A DNA stretch of 64,000 nt from a bacterium (GTDB lineage: Bacteria > Patescibacteriota > Microgenomatia > Curtissbacterales > GWA2-41-24). Below, piece by piece: positions 39,255-49,059 of this stretch. The notes under the pieces were generated by a model. It searched no databases, was not told where the DNA came from, and was given only the letters and a program-made list of their open reading frames with translations. The position numbers and the translations under genes were made by a program. Every line of letters begins with the position of its first letter. Position 1 is the first letter of the stretch. The DNA lies in contig JAKALT010000001.1 of assembly GCA_021813125.1 (NCBI GenBank), positions 23 to 64,022 of the forward strand, in the 5' to 3' direction.

Positions 39255-42088
39255 TGATTTTTGAAGTTAGGGTTAAGTCAAATGACGAAAAAGATCCAAA
39301 AGGCGCGGCTCTTCTTGCGGAAATTAATAAAACTTTAAATATAAGCTCAATCAAAAAAATTCAAACTGCTAAAGTTTACCGCCTCGAAAATATTAAAAAA
39401 GAAAAAGTCAAAATATTTGCCCAAACTGCTCTTTTTGAAAAAATAGACCAAATCGCAACTTATAACAAATCCATTTTTCCAAAATCGGCAACAGTTATTG
39501 AAGTCGGATACAAACCCGGCGTTATGAATCCTGAGGTGGCATCGATCTTAAAAGTAGCAAGCGATCTTAAAATCAAAATAGACGCTTGCGATTCGTCCTG
39601 GGAATACGCCTTTTTTGGTCCGGTTACAAAATCTCAAATCGACCAAATAGTTAAAAGATTATTAGTTAATGACACAGTTGAAAACTTAATCAAAAAACCC
39701 CCAAAAACCCTAAAAATTTCCGGTGTTGCCCAAAAAGTACAAACCGTTCCAATTACAAAACTAAATGATCAAGAACTTATGGATTTAACCCACGATAAAC
39801 TATTTTTAAATCTTGAAGAAATGAAAGTAATTCAAAATTATTTTACAAAAATTAAAAGAGATCCGACAGATTGCGAACTGGAAACGATTGCACTTACTTG
39901 GTCTGAGCATTGCGGTCATAAAACTTTTCGTGCAAAAGTTACAATTGACGGCAAAACTAAAGCCCCGTTTATTTCCCGTATCAAAAAAACTGCTAAAAAT
40001 AATCAAAAATTAATTATTAGCGCTTTTGATGATAATTCAGGTGTTATTGATTTTTACGATGGGTTTGCAATAAATGGCAAGGTAGAAACACACAATTCGC
40101 CATCCGCTATTGAACCTTATGGTGGCGCAATGACCGGCTCCGGAGGTGTTTTCCGGGATATTTTAGGAACTGGACAGGGTGCAAAGCCGGTTATATCTAC
40201 CGACATTTTTTGTTTTGCACCACCGGACCTTAACGTAAAAGAACTACCCCCCGGATGCCTTCCACCAGAATATTTGCTTAGAAAAGTTGTATTCGGTGTT
40301 CGAGATTACGGTAATAGAGTTGGAATTCCTACAAATAACGGATCTGTCCATTTTCATCCTGATTTCCGCGCCAAACCGACTGTTGCCGTCGGTTCGTTCG
40401 GTCTAATCGAAAAATCAAGGGCAAAAAAGGGTAAACCAAAATCAGGAAATTTGATCATAACGCTCGGAGGGGCTACTGGGAGGGACGGTATTCACGGGGC
40501 TACATTTGCTTCCGGCGAAATGACCGACAGAACTATTAACGTTTCCGGTTCCGCTGTTCAGATTGGAAATGCCATAGAAGAAAAAAGATTAATTGATGCG
40601 ATCTTAAAGCTGAAAGAAGATAATTTGATTTCTGCTATTACAGATTGCGGTGCCGGTGGTTATGCATCGGCAATAGGCGAAATCGCCAAAGAAACCGGTG
40701 CAGAGGTTTATCTTGATAAAGTTCCGCTTAAGTACGCAAACCTTGCTCCCTGGGAAATTTTTCTCTCGGAATCTCAAGAACGAATGGTAATTGCCATAAG
40801 CCCTAAAAATCTCAAAAAAGTTCAAAATATTTGCGAAATTTACAATGTACCAAACAATGTAATTGGAAAATTCACCTCCGATAAAAAACTTAAAATCTAC
40901 TATCACAAAGAAATTGTCTGCAATCTTTCTATGGCTTTTTTACATAACGGCCTTCCCCAAAGGCATATGGTTGGAATATCAAAGATCAGAAGTCAGAGAT
41001 CAAAGAGCGGACAGTCATCAAAACCTAACAATATTAAAATTGAAAAAGTATGGCAAAAAGTAATGGCTCACGGCAATGTTTGCTCAAAAGAGCCAATTGT
41101 GCGGATGTACGACCATAATGTCCAGGGAACAGCAGCGATGCATCCGTTTTCCGGTCAAAACTTTGACGGCCCTAATGATGGCGCAATAGTAATGCCGATT
41201 TTGGGAAAACCTTACGGATTAGTTGTAACACACGGCCTAAATCCACAACTTAATAAAATCGACCCATATTGGGGAAGTATCTGGGCAATAACGGAAGCGG
41301 TCGCAAATTTTGTTTCCGTGGGTGGCAATTTAAAAGATGCTGCTCTGGTAGATAATTTCATATGGCCTTTTCCGGACGAAGAATCATTAGCAGATTTAGA
41401 TAAATCAGTCGACGCTTGTTGTAATATGGCAAATCTTTTAAACATGCCATTTATATCAGGTAAAGATTCGCTCTCCTCAACTTACAGATATCCAAACGGT
41501 CAAATTCTGAAAATTCCACCTGTGTTGTTAATTTCAGTTTTCGGAAAAATTCCCGACGTTAAAAAAACTACAAGTTCCGATTTCAAAAAAGCCGGCTCGA
41601 CAATAGTTTTGGTCGGCAAACCGGATTTTGAAAATCTCGGCGGTTCAACATATCTCGACATCATAAAATCAAGGTCTGGAGATATTCCAAAACCGGATCT
41701 CCAATCTATCACAAAAGTTTTTTCATCAATAACATCAGGTATCAAATCATCCCAGATTATTTCCTGTCATGATATTTCGGAAGGCGGTACGGCAACTGCC
41801 CTTGCAGAAATGTGTATCGGTGGAGACGTAGGCGCCGAAATCGATATTGAACAATTAAAATCGAAAGACGACCAAATATTATTTTCCGAAACGCCGGGAA
41901 CGTTTTTAGTTGAGGTTAATAACGAAAATATTGCCAAGAAACTTTTTGCTAAAGTTCCATATTATATTTTAGGAAAAACAACAAAATCTGACACAATAAT
42001 TGTCAAAGGTTCTAAAACAACAAAAGTCAAAGTAGATACTCTCAAAAAATCCTGGCAAAAACCTATGAGGGAGATTTTTAATGACTAA
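39254..42088 (+). CDS. purL: FGAM synthase PurL with fused N-terminal PurS-like domains
   Basis: WSEHCGHK, KVETHNSPS, TGRDGIHGA, SESQERM, ISGKDS, HDISEGG. Confidence 0.96.
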   Translation: MIFEVRVKSNDEKDPKGAALLAEINKTLNISSIKKIQTAKVYRLENIKKEKVKIFAQTALFEKIDQIATYNKSIFPKSATVIEVGYKPGVMNPEVASILKVASDLKIKIDACDSSWEYAFFGPVTKSQIDQIVKRLLVNDTVENLIKKPPKTLKISGVAQKVQTVPITKLNDQELMDLTHDKLFLNLEEMKVIQNYFTKIKRDPTDCELETIALTWSEHCGHKTFRAKVTIDGKTKAPFISRIKKTAKNNQKLIISAFDDNSGVIDFYDGFAINGKVETHNSPSAIEPYGGAMTGSGGVFRDILGTGQGAKPVISTDIFCFAPPDLNVKELPPGCLPPEYLLRKVVFGVRDYGNRVGIPTNNGSVHFHPDFRAKPTVAVGSFGLIEKSRAKKGKPKSGNLIITLGGATGRDGIHGATFASGEMTDRTINVSGSAVQIGNAIEEKRLIDAILKLKEDNLISAITDCGAGGYASAIGEIAKETGAEVYLDKVPLKYANLAPWEIFLSESQERMVIAISPKNLKKVQNICEIYNVPNNVIGKFTSDKKLKIYYHKEIVCNLSMAFLHNGLPQRHMVGISKIRSQRSKSGQSSKPNNIKIEKVWQKVMAHGNVCSKEPIVRMYDHNVQGTAAMHPFSGQNFDGPNDGAIVMPILGKPYGLVVTHGLNPQLNKIDPYWGSIWAITEAVANFVSVGGNLKDAALVDNFIWPFPDEESLADLDKSVDACCNMANLLNMPFISGKDSLSSTYRYPNGQILKIPPVLLISVFGKIPDVKKTTSSDFKKAGSTIVLVGKPDFENLGGSTYLDIIKSRSGDIPKPDLQSITKVFSSITSGIKSSQIISCHDISEGGTATALAEMCIGGDVGAEIDIEQLKSKDDQILFSETPGTFLVEVNNENIAKKLFAKVPYYILGKTTKSDTIIVKGSKTTKVKVDTLKKSWQKPMREIFND

Positions 42089-42854
42089 ACCAAAAGTTTG
42101 TGTTTTAAGGTCGGACGGTGCTAATTGCGACGAGGAGCTTTTTTATGCATTCGAAAAATTCGGCGCATCACCTTCTATGGTTCACATCAACGAATTAAGG
42201 AATAAATCTAAAAAGCTCAAAAACTTTCAAATCCTTGCCCTCCCAGGAGGCTTTTCTTATGGGGACGATATTGCCTCCGGAAAAGTATTGGCAGTTGAAC
42301 TCATAAGCTTCTTAAAAGACGAAATCCAAACATTCGTTGACCGTAAAGGTTTGGTGCTTGGGATTTGCAACGGATTTCAAACATTGGTTCGCACAGGTCT
42401 TTTGCCGTTTGGTAATCTTGGCAAAATGGATGCAACCCTAACCCAAAATGACAGCGGCCATTTTGAATGCCGTTGGGTCAAAATTAAAGGCGAAAAAAGC
42501 AAATGCTTGTTTTTAAACCATAATGAACCAATCGATATCGCAGTCAATCACGGAGAAGGAAAATTTTACGCAGAACCATCTGTAATCAAAAAGATCGAGG
42601 ACCAAAAACTTGTCATTTTTCGATATATCGACCAAAACGGAAAGCCAACTCAAAAATATCCCGATAATCCAAACGGTTCAATAAATTCCATCGCAGGAAT
42701 CTGCGACCCGACTGGAAGAATTCTAGGTATGATGCCTCATCCGGAAAAATTTATAGAAATTACCCAACACCCGAATTGGCGCCGCCAAAAGTTTACAAAA
42801 CCTCATGGCGCATTTATTTTCGAAAATCTGATTTCGTATGCAAAAAAAAGTTGA
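42081..42854 (+). CDS. purQ: FGAM synthase glutaminase subunit
   Basis: PGGFSYGD, GICNGFQ, NPNGS, MPHPE. Confidence 0.97.
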   Translation: MTKPKVCVLRSDGANCDEELFYAFEKFGASPSMVHINELRNKSKKLKNFQILALPGGFSYGDDIASGKVLAVELISFLKDEIQTFVDRKGLVLGICNGFQTLVRTGLLPFGNLGKMDATLTQNDSGHFECRWVKIKGEKSKCLFLNHNEPIDIAVNHGEGKFYAEPSVIKKIEDQKLVIFRYIDQNGKPTQKYPDNPNGSINSIAGICDPTGRILGMMPHPEKFIEITQHPNWRRQKFTKPHGAFIFENLISYAKKS

Positions 42855-43731
42855 TAAAATAAAATCCCTAAAAACAACGCGCCAGATAGCAATGAAGGCG
42901 TTTTACGAAGCGTTAAACAAAGTTTTATCCAAAAATAAACCTATCGCAGAAACAGATTTAAAAAAAACGTGGCTTAAAGAACTAAGAAAATCTGGAGATA
43001 TTTTTAATAATGGTTGGTATGTCCCTCCACCTCACGGAATAACCATAATTTTTGCTCAGGATAATAAACCTCAAAGGACACAGTTTCGCAGCTTACGTTT
43101 TAAAGAAAATTTTCCCCAAAAAAATATATTCTTAAATAAAAAAAGTGGCATTATTATTGCGTATGCATCTCCGGTCAATAAGGAAACTGGCATTATTGGA
43201 GATTTCGGACTTACATTATATTTCGGAAAAAGGCCTGAATTGATAGAACACATTAAAAATATTTTAAATATCCAAAAAAAAGTTTTTAATCATGCAAAAA
43301 TTGGAATGTCTCTATCGGAGCTTTATAAATATGCAGTGACACTCTTCAAAAAAGATAATTTGTCAAACGATTGGTGGCTAAATATTACAGACCCATCCGG
43401 CAGAAATATGGGTCATTCTATTCCATCAACCGAAAAAGACTGGAGCGACAAAGAATACAAACTTCTAAGCACTGCAAATAATAATTGGGAGAAAGTTGCA
43501 AATATGATAAGCAAAAGAAGAATATTTTTTAGTCCCAAGGAAGAATTAAAAATAAAAAAAGGAATAGCTTTTTCTATAGAATGTAGATTAAAGAAAACTA
43601 ATAATCCGGCTTTTCCTGTAGTGTGGTTCCACACAGTGGCGATTTTTCAAAAAAACGGGAAAAAAGAATTCTTGACAAACTTTGATAAATTATTCAAACT
43701 TGCAGGAATGGAGTACGCACTTAATTATTAA
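42838..43731 (+). CDS. Divergent M24 (pita-bread fold) family protein within the pur cluster
   Basis: GDFGLT, MGHSI, FSIE and WFHTV align by eye with M24 ligand positions, with substitutions. Confidence 0.6.
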   Translation: MQKKVDKIKSLKTTRQIAMKAFYEALNKVLSKNKPIAETDLKKTWLKELRKSGDIFNNGWYVPPPHGITIIFAQDNKPQRTQFRSLRFKENFPQKNIFLNKKSGIIIAYASPVNKETGIIGDFGLTLYFGKRPELIEHIKNILNIQKKVFNHAKIGMSLSELYKYAVTLFKKDNLSNDWWLNITDPSGRNMGHSIPSTEKDWSDKEYKLLSTANNNWEKVANMISKRRIFFSPKEELKIKKGIAFSIECRLKKTNNPAFPVVWFHTVAIFQKNGKKEFLTNFDKLFKLAGMEYALNY

Positions 43732-43734
43732 ACA

Positions 43735-44835
43735 ATGAAAAAAATAAGTTACGAAAAATCAGGAGTAGATTACAGAGCACTGGATCCGGCAAAAAAACTC
43801 GGACAAGAGGCAGGTCTTACAACCGCAAAAAATCTTAAAAAAGCAGGGTTTGTTGAGATAACTGACAGTCGGGGAGAGACTGCATATGTATGGGATCAAG
43901 GAAATATTTTGATGGCATCGGTCGTAGAGAGTTTAGGAACAAAAAATCTTGTTGCAGACGAAACGCGAAAAATAGCAGGCAAAACCTACTACGATGTCAT
44001 TGGACATGACGCAGTCGCAGCTATAATAAATGACTTGATTGCTGTTGGAGCAAAACCTCTTGAAACCCACGCCTTCTGGGCCGTAGGAGACGGAGCTTGG
44101 TTTAACGATCAAAAAAGGACTAAAGATTTAGTCAATGGTTGGAAAACCGCAACCGATTTATCAGAGGCATCATGGGGTGGAGGAGAATCTCCTTCTTTAA
44201 ATTCAATTGTTGACAAAAACTCAATTGTTCTCGGAGGAAGCGCAGTAGGTATCATCAAAAACAAAAAGCAATTAATCACGGATAAAAAGTTAAAGGTAGG
44301 CGACAGGATTATTCTTCTTAAGTCAAACGGCATCAACTGTAACGGCCTTTCACTTGCACGGGCAGTTGCTAAAAAATTGAAAAAAGGATACGGTGAAAAG
44401 CTATCCAATGGTCAACTTTATGGTGAAGCGATTCTTAGCAAAACCAATATATACGCGAAACTAATCCAAGATCTTTTGTCAGCTGGCATCGATATCCACT
44501 ACATTTCAAATATTACAGGTCATGGTCTTCGCAAAATTATGCGGGCTCGTGGCAACTTTACTTATGTAATAGAAAAATTATTTCCTCCACAGGAAGTCTT
44601 TCTATTTATCCAAAAACATGCTGGCCTATCTGACGACGAAATTTATCAAACACTAAACATGGGACAAGATTACGCAATCTTTGTAGATCCGAAAGATGTT
44701 AAAAAAGCACAGGTTGTTATAAAGAGAAATAAATTTGAATCAATAAACGCCGGTTATATTGAAGGTGGTCCACGCCAGGTTATTATCAAACCAAAAAACA
44801 TCAAATTTACATCAGAATCATTAGATCTAAGATGA
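43735..44835 (+). CDS. purM: AIR synthetase
   Basis: SYEKSGVD, LGTK, INDL, GGESP, SNGINCNG, NITGHG, TLNMG. Confidence 0.92.
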   Translation: MKKISYEKSGVDYRALDPAKKLGQEAGLTTAKNLKKAGFVEITDSRGETAYVWDQGNILMASVVESLGTKNLVADETRKIAGKTYYDVIGHDAVAAIINDLIAVGAKPLETHAFWAVGDGAWFNDQKRTKDLVNGWKTATDLSEASWGGGESPSLNSIVDKNSIVLGGSAVGIIKNKKQLITDKKLKVGDRIILLKSNGINCNGLSLARAVAKKLKKGYGEKLSNGQLYGEAILSKTNIYAKLIQDLLSAGIDIHYISNITGHGLRKIMRARGNFTYVIEKLFPPQEVFLFIQKHAGLSDDEIYQTLNMGQDYAIFVDPKDVKKAQVVIKRNKFESINAGYIEGGPRQVIIKPKNIKFTSESLDLR

Positions 44836-45095
44836 GTGATTTTGATTCACTAAAAAAAGAAATTGAAAAAATAAAAGATCGAAACAGACGGGTGGAACAA
44901 GACAAAGCGTGGGAAACAAGTTGGGCAAGAAGAATTGCAATTGCTGTTACAACTTACATTTTAATATCAATCTTTCTTATAATCATCAAAGTCGAGAAAC
45001 CCTTCCTTTCTGCAATTATTCCGTCGATAGCCTATTTAATTTCAACAGCAACAATCAACGTCCTCAAAAACTGGTGGTTTAAAAACCAAAAATAA
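44832..45095 (+). CDS. Small hypothetical membrane protein
   Basis: RNRRVEQDKAWETSW followed by two TM segments; ATGA overlap with purM. Confidence 0.75.
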   Translation: MSDFDSLKKEIEKIKDRNRRVEQDKAWETSWARRIAIAVTTYILISIFLIIIKVEKPFLSAIIPSIAYLISTATINVLKNWWFKNQK

Positions 45096-45136
45096 TATAA
45101 TTTGACTTTCGTATTTGCTTCGGGTATACATTGCCT

Positions 45137-46397
45137 ATGGATTTGTTCGATAAAAACCAAAAAGAATTTGCTCCGTTAGCAGATCGTATACGCCCTAAAA
45201 ATCTGCGAGAGTTTGCAGGTCAAAAACATTTAGTATCCAAGGGAAAAATATTAGAAAAAGCAATTGGTGAGGACAAATTATTTTCCATAATTTTTTGGGG
45301 ACCACCAGGATCTGGCAAAACAACACTCGCAAGAATTATCGCATCCGAAACAAAATCAAATTTCATCCAAATATCGGCAGTTACATCTAACGTTGCCGAA
45401 ATTAAAAAAATTATCCAAACAGCCCAAGATACCCAAAAACTTCAAAGCCAAAGGACGATTCTATTTATAGACGAGATACACAGGTTTAACAAAGCCCAAC
45501 AGGATGTACTGCTCCCACACGTCGAAAGGGGCACTGTCACCCTAATTGGTGCCACAACCGAAAATCCTTCTTTTGAAGTAATAGGTGCGCTACTTTCCGG
45601 GTCACGAGTATTGAAACTCGAATCTTTATCAGAAGAAGATCTAGAAAGAATAATAAAAAACGCACTTAAAGATAAAAACAACGGACTTGGAAACCAGAAA
45701 TTAAAATTTGAAAAACAAGCCCTTAAGTTTTTAATCTCACAATCAAACGGTGACGCCAGGTTTGCTCTTAACACTCTGGAAATTGCAGCATCCCAAGTTA
45801 AAAACCAGTCAACCCTAAAGGCCGAAAATATTACAAGTGCCCTGCAAAGACATACAACTTTTTACGACAAAAAAGGGGATTACCATTACGACACAATTTT
45901 GGCATACATCAAAAGCATGCGCGCCGGCAAAACAGACGCCGCTTTGCATTATTTGGCTCGGATGATCGAAGCCGGTGAAGATCCGGTTTTTATTGCCCGC
46001 CGTATGGTAATTTTTGCATCCGAAGATATCGGCAATGCCATTGCCAACCACGCTTGTAATTGCGACCTCCGCAATGCAGGCAGTTCATATGGTTGGCATG
46101 CCCGAATCAACTTTAATCCTTGCCCACGTAACTTCTTATTTATCGGAAGCCCCCAAAAGCATTGCCTCAACAGAGGCAATTTCAAAAGCCCTTTTGGACG
46201 TCAAAAATTTCCCTCTTGATCCAATACCCTTACATCTCAGAAACGCTCCGACCAAACTGATGAAGGAAATGGGTTATGGCAAAGACCATATCCGTTATCC
46301 ATGGATGGACGAAAACCGCAATAAACAAATTTTAGAGTATCAGCCTAAAAATCTAGTTGGTAAAAAATACTATCAAAATCCCAGAAAGAAAAGATAA
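45137..46397 (+). pseudogene. rarA: Replication-associated recombination protein A (RarA/MgsA) with a +1 frameshift near 46038
   Basis: PLADRIRP, WGPPGSGKTT, FIDEIHRFNKAQQD, GATTENP; ASEDIGNA continues in another frame as LPTTLVIA...GMPE...IPLHLRNAPT. Confidence 0.9.
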
Positions 46398-46465
46398 CTT
46401 TGGGTATCTAACTTCATTTCATCCAAATTATTCATTGACATATATTAATGCTAAAATAAATCAAG

Positions 46466-46732
46466 ATGGGTCTCTTTCTCTTATTTCTCGGATCAGTGTC
46501 GATAATCATTGGAGCTAACGCTCTTCGCTCTCAAAAACTATTTTTATCAAAAGAAGCCTTTTACTACGTACCAATTGATAACATCTTAAAAGCCATCATG
46601 GGAGAAAAAGTGCCAAAGTATACATTTACAGGTTTGGTAAAAAATATAATTAGTTTACTGTTCATTATTGGAGGAATATCTTTTATTTATGAAGCTTATA
46701 TCATTTACAAAACAGGGGTTTCCCCGATTTAA
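46466..46732 (+). CDS. Small hypothetical membrane protein
   Basis: 88 aa, two hydrophobic helices; extended -10 TGCTAAAAT upstream. Confidence 0.6.
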   Translation: MGLFLLFLGSVSIIIGANALRSQKLFLSKEAFYYVPIDNILKAIMGEKVPKYTFTGLVKNIISLLFIIGGISFIYEAYIIYKTGVSPI

Positions 46733-46771
46733 TTTTTTGCATTTTTAGCCTCGACCGTGTAAAATACGCAA

Positions 46772-47785
46772 ATGGAGACCCGAAAAGTATATAAAATCGC
46801 AACTCTGGGCTCCCACTCCGCGCTCCAGATCTTAAAAGGCGCCAAAGACGAAGGCTTCAAAACAATCTGCGTAACAATTCCAGACAGGGTTTCCCTCTAC
46901 AGCCGCTTTTCTTTTATCGATAAAATCGTAGTAATTGAAAAATACACCGATTTCCCAAAAGTAGAAGGTCAACTCATAAAAGACAACGCCATTATCATTC
47001 CGCATGGTTCTTTCGTTGCATATTTGGGCGTTGAAAACAATAAAAAAATGAAGGTCCCCTATTACGGTAACAAAAAAGTTCTAGATTGGGAATCCGATCG
47101 CAAAATGCAAAGGGATTGGTTAATCCAATCCGGAATTCCGGTTCCAAGAAGGTTTAAAAAGGGTGAAAAAATCGACAGGCCCATTATCGTTAAATCTTAT
47201 GGCGCGGCCGGGGGCAACGGTTACTTTTTTGCCAAGAACCAGAAAGATTTTGACCGCAGAATAAAATCATTTAAACCAAAAGACTTCATTGTCCAGGAAT
47301 ACGTAATCGGTGTTCCGCTTTATATACATTATTTTTACTCACCTATTTCAAAAAAATTGGAAATTTTATCCATCGACAAACGTTATGAATCTAATGTCGA
47401 TTCTCTCGGCAGAATCCCTTCACAAAACCAGCAGGGTTTAGGAATAGAACCTTCGTTTGTTGTTGTTGGTAACAGCCCACTGGCACTTCGCGAATCACTG
47501 CTTGCGGAGGCTTTTGAAATGGGGGAAAGGGTTGTTGCCAAATCAAAAGAACTAATTTCCGGCGGCCTTTGGGGCCCATTTTGTTTGGAAACAATAATCA
47601 CCCCGGAGCAAAAATTTTCAATTATCGAGATTTCCTGCCGAATAGTAGCCGGAACGAACTTGTTTATTAACGGCTCGCCTTATGCCGCATTATATTGGGA
47701 CAAAGAAGTTTCCACCGGACGCAGAATTGCAATGGAAATTAAAGATGCAATCAAAAAAAACAAATTAGGAAAAATATTAAACTGA
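46772..47785 (+). CDS. purP: Archaeal-type FAICAR synthetase (formate:AICAR ligase, ATP-grasp)
   Basis: IATLGSHSALQILKGAKDEGF, PHGSFVAY, LRESLL, GPFCLE, EISCRIVAGTN. Confidence 0.92.
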   Translation: METRKVYKIATLGSHSALQILKGAKDEGFKTICVTIPDRVSLYSRFSFIDKIVVIEKYTDFPKVEGQLIKDNAIIIPHGSFVAYLGVENNKKMKVPYYGNKKVLDWESDRKMQRDWLIQSGIPVPRRFKKGEKIDRPIIVKSYGAAGGNGYFFAKNQKDFDRRIKSFKPKDFIVQEYVIGVPLYIHYFYSPISKKLEILSIDKRYESNVDSLGRIPSQNQQGLGIEPSFVVVGNSPLALRESLLAEAFEMGERVVAKSKELISGGLWGPFCLETIITPEQKFSIIEISCRIVAGTNLFINGSPYAALYWDKEVSTGRRIAMEIKDAIKKNKLGKILN

Positions 47786-49059
47786 TGAAAACAAAACTTA
47801 ACAATTGGAAAGGGGCGGCAGCAGTAATTGGTATCGACTGGGGCGATTCCGGAAAAGGCCGGCTTATAGACGACCTTTCCCAAAATGCAGATATAATAGC
47901 CCGCTTCAATGGTGGTTCAAACACCGGACACACAGTTGCAAACAAATTCGGAAAATTCGCAATGCACATTACACCTTCCGGAATTTTCAACCAAAAGGCG
48001 ACATGTCTTATTGGCCGCAATGTTGCGGTTAATCTGGAAGTTTTAATGCAAGAAATGGACGCAATGAAAAAAGCTGGAGTGAGCTTTAAAAATTTGATGA
48101 TAGACGAACAAGCACCGCTAACTATGCCTTGGCACATAATGCGCGATGGTTTAAGGGAAAAAATCCGCAAATCTAAAATCGGCACAACAGGAAATGGTGT
48201 CGGGCCAACATACGCCGATTACACCGAAAGGGTTGGCCTAAAAGTTATCGATTTAATATCAAATGATTTGAAAGAAAAAATTTACAATGAAGCCCAAATT
48301 CAAAACAAATTTTTTAATCTTAAAATTTCCCCCAACGATGTTTATTTAAAATTTTCAAAGTACGCAAAAGTTGTAAAACCATTTCTTGGGAAAACTATTC
48401 AAATCCTCAAACATAATCACCAAAAAGGTAAAAACATATTGTTTGAAGGGGCACAAGGTTACTTTTTGGATATCGACGCAGGTACTTACCCATTTGTCAC
48501 ATCGTCTAACCCGGGTGTAGTTGGCATTTGGCGCTCTTACGATTTTCACCCCCAAAACTTAGATCATGTAATCGGAATTACCAAAGCCTACACTACGCGT
48601 GTAGGATCCGGTCCTATGCCGACAAAAATGGATGAAGCAACCGCAAAACAAATTATTGAAAAAGGCCATGAAGTTGGAACGACAACCGGCAGAATCCGCT
48701 CTCCCGGTTGGCAGGACTTGGTTCTTCTAAAATACGCCAACGAAGCAAACCACCTGACATCTCTGGCAATAACAAAATTGGATGTTTTGAGTGGACAAAA
48801 AAAGATTAAACTTGGTGTTGGCTATAAATTAAACGGTAAAGTTACTGAATACGTTCCCCACAATGCAGACCACTTAGGTGAAGTCAGTCCGGTTTATGAA
48901 GATTTTGACGGATGGAGTGAGAACATTTCTCATGTTAGAGATTTTAAAAAACTTCCTAAGAATGCCAAAATTTACATAAATGCCATTGAGAAATTCACGA
49001 AAATTCCTGTTAAATTTATTTCAGTTGGTCCAAAAAGGGGAGAAGTAATTTATGTCTAA
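47785..49059 (+). CDS. purA: Adenylosuccinate synthetase
   Basis: WGDSGKG, RFNGGSNTGHT, FEGAQG, KAYTTRVGSGP, TKLDVL. Confidence 0.97.
   Translation: MKTKLNNWKGAAAVIGIDWGDSGKGRLIDDLSQNADIIARFNGGSNTGHTVANKFGKFAMHITPSGIFNQKATCLIGRNVAVNLEVLMQEMDAMKKAGVSFKNLMIDEQAPLTMPWHIMRDGLREKIRKSKIGTTGNGVGPTYADYTERVGLKVIDLISNDLKEKIYNEAQIQNKFFNLKISPNDVYLKFSKYAKVVKPFLGKTIQILKHNHQKGKNILFEGAQGYFLDIDAGTYPFVTSSNPGVVGIWRSYDFHPQNLDHVIGITKAYTTRVGSGPMPTKMDEATAKQIIEKGHEVGTTTGRIRSPGWQDLVLLKYANEANHLTSLAITKLDVLSGQKKIKLGVGYKLNGKVTEYVPHNADHLGEVSPVYEDFDGWSENISHVRDFKKLPKNAKIYINAIEKFTKIPVKFISVGPKRGEVIYV

Noticed and set aside
46014-46397. Independent 127-aa gene, or programmed frameshifting in rarA
   Set aside because: It is the RarA C-terminal domain; no slippery run at the shift site, and a single-base insertion explains it
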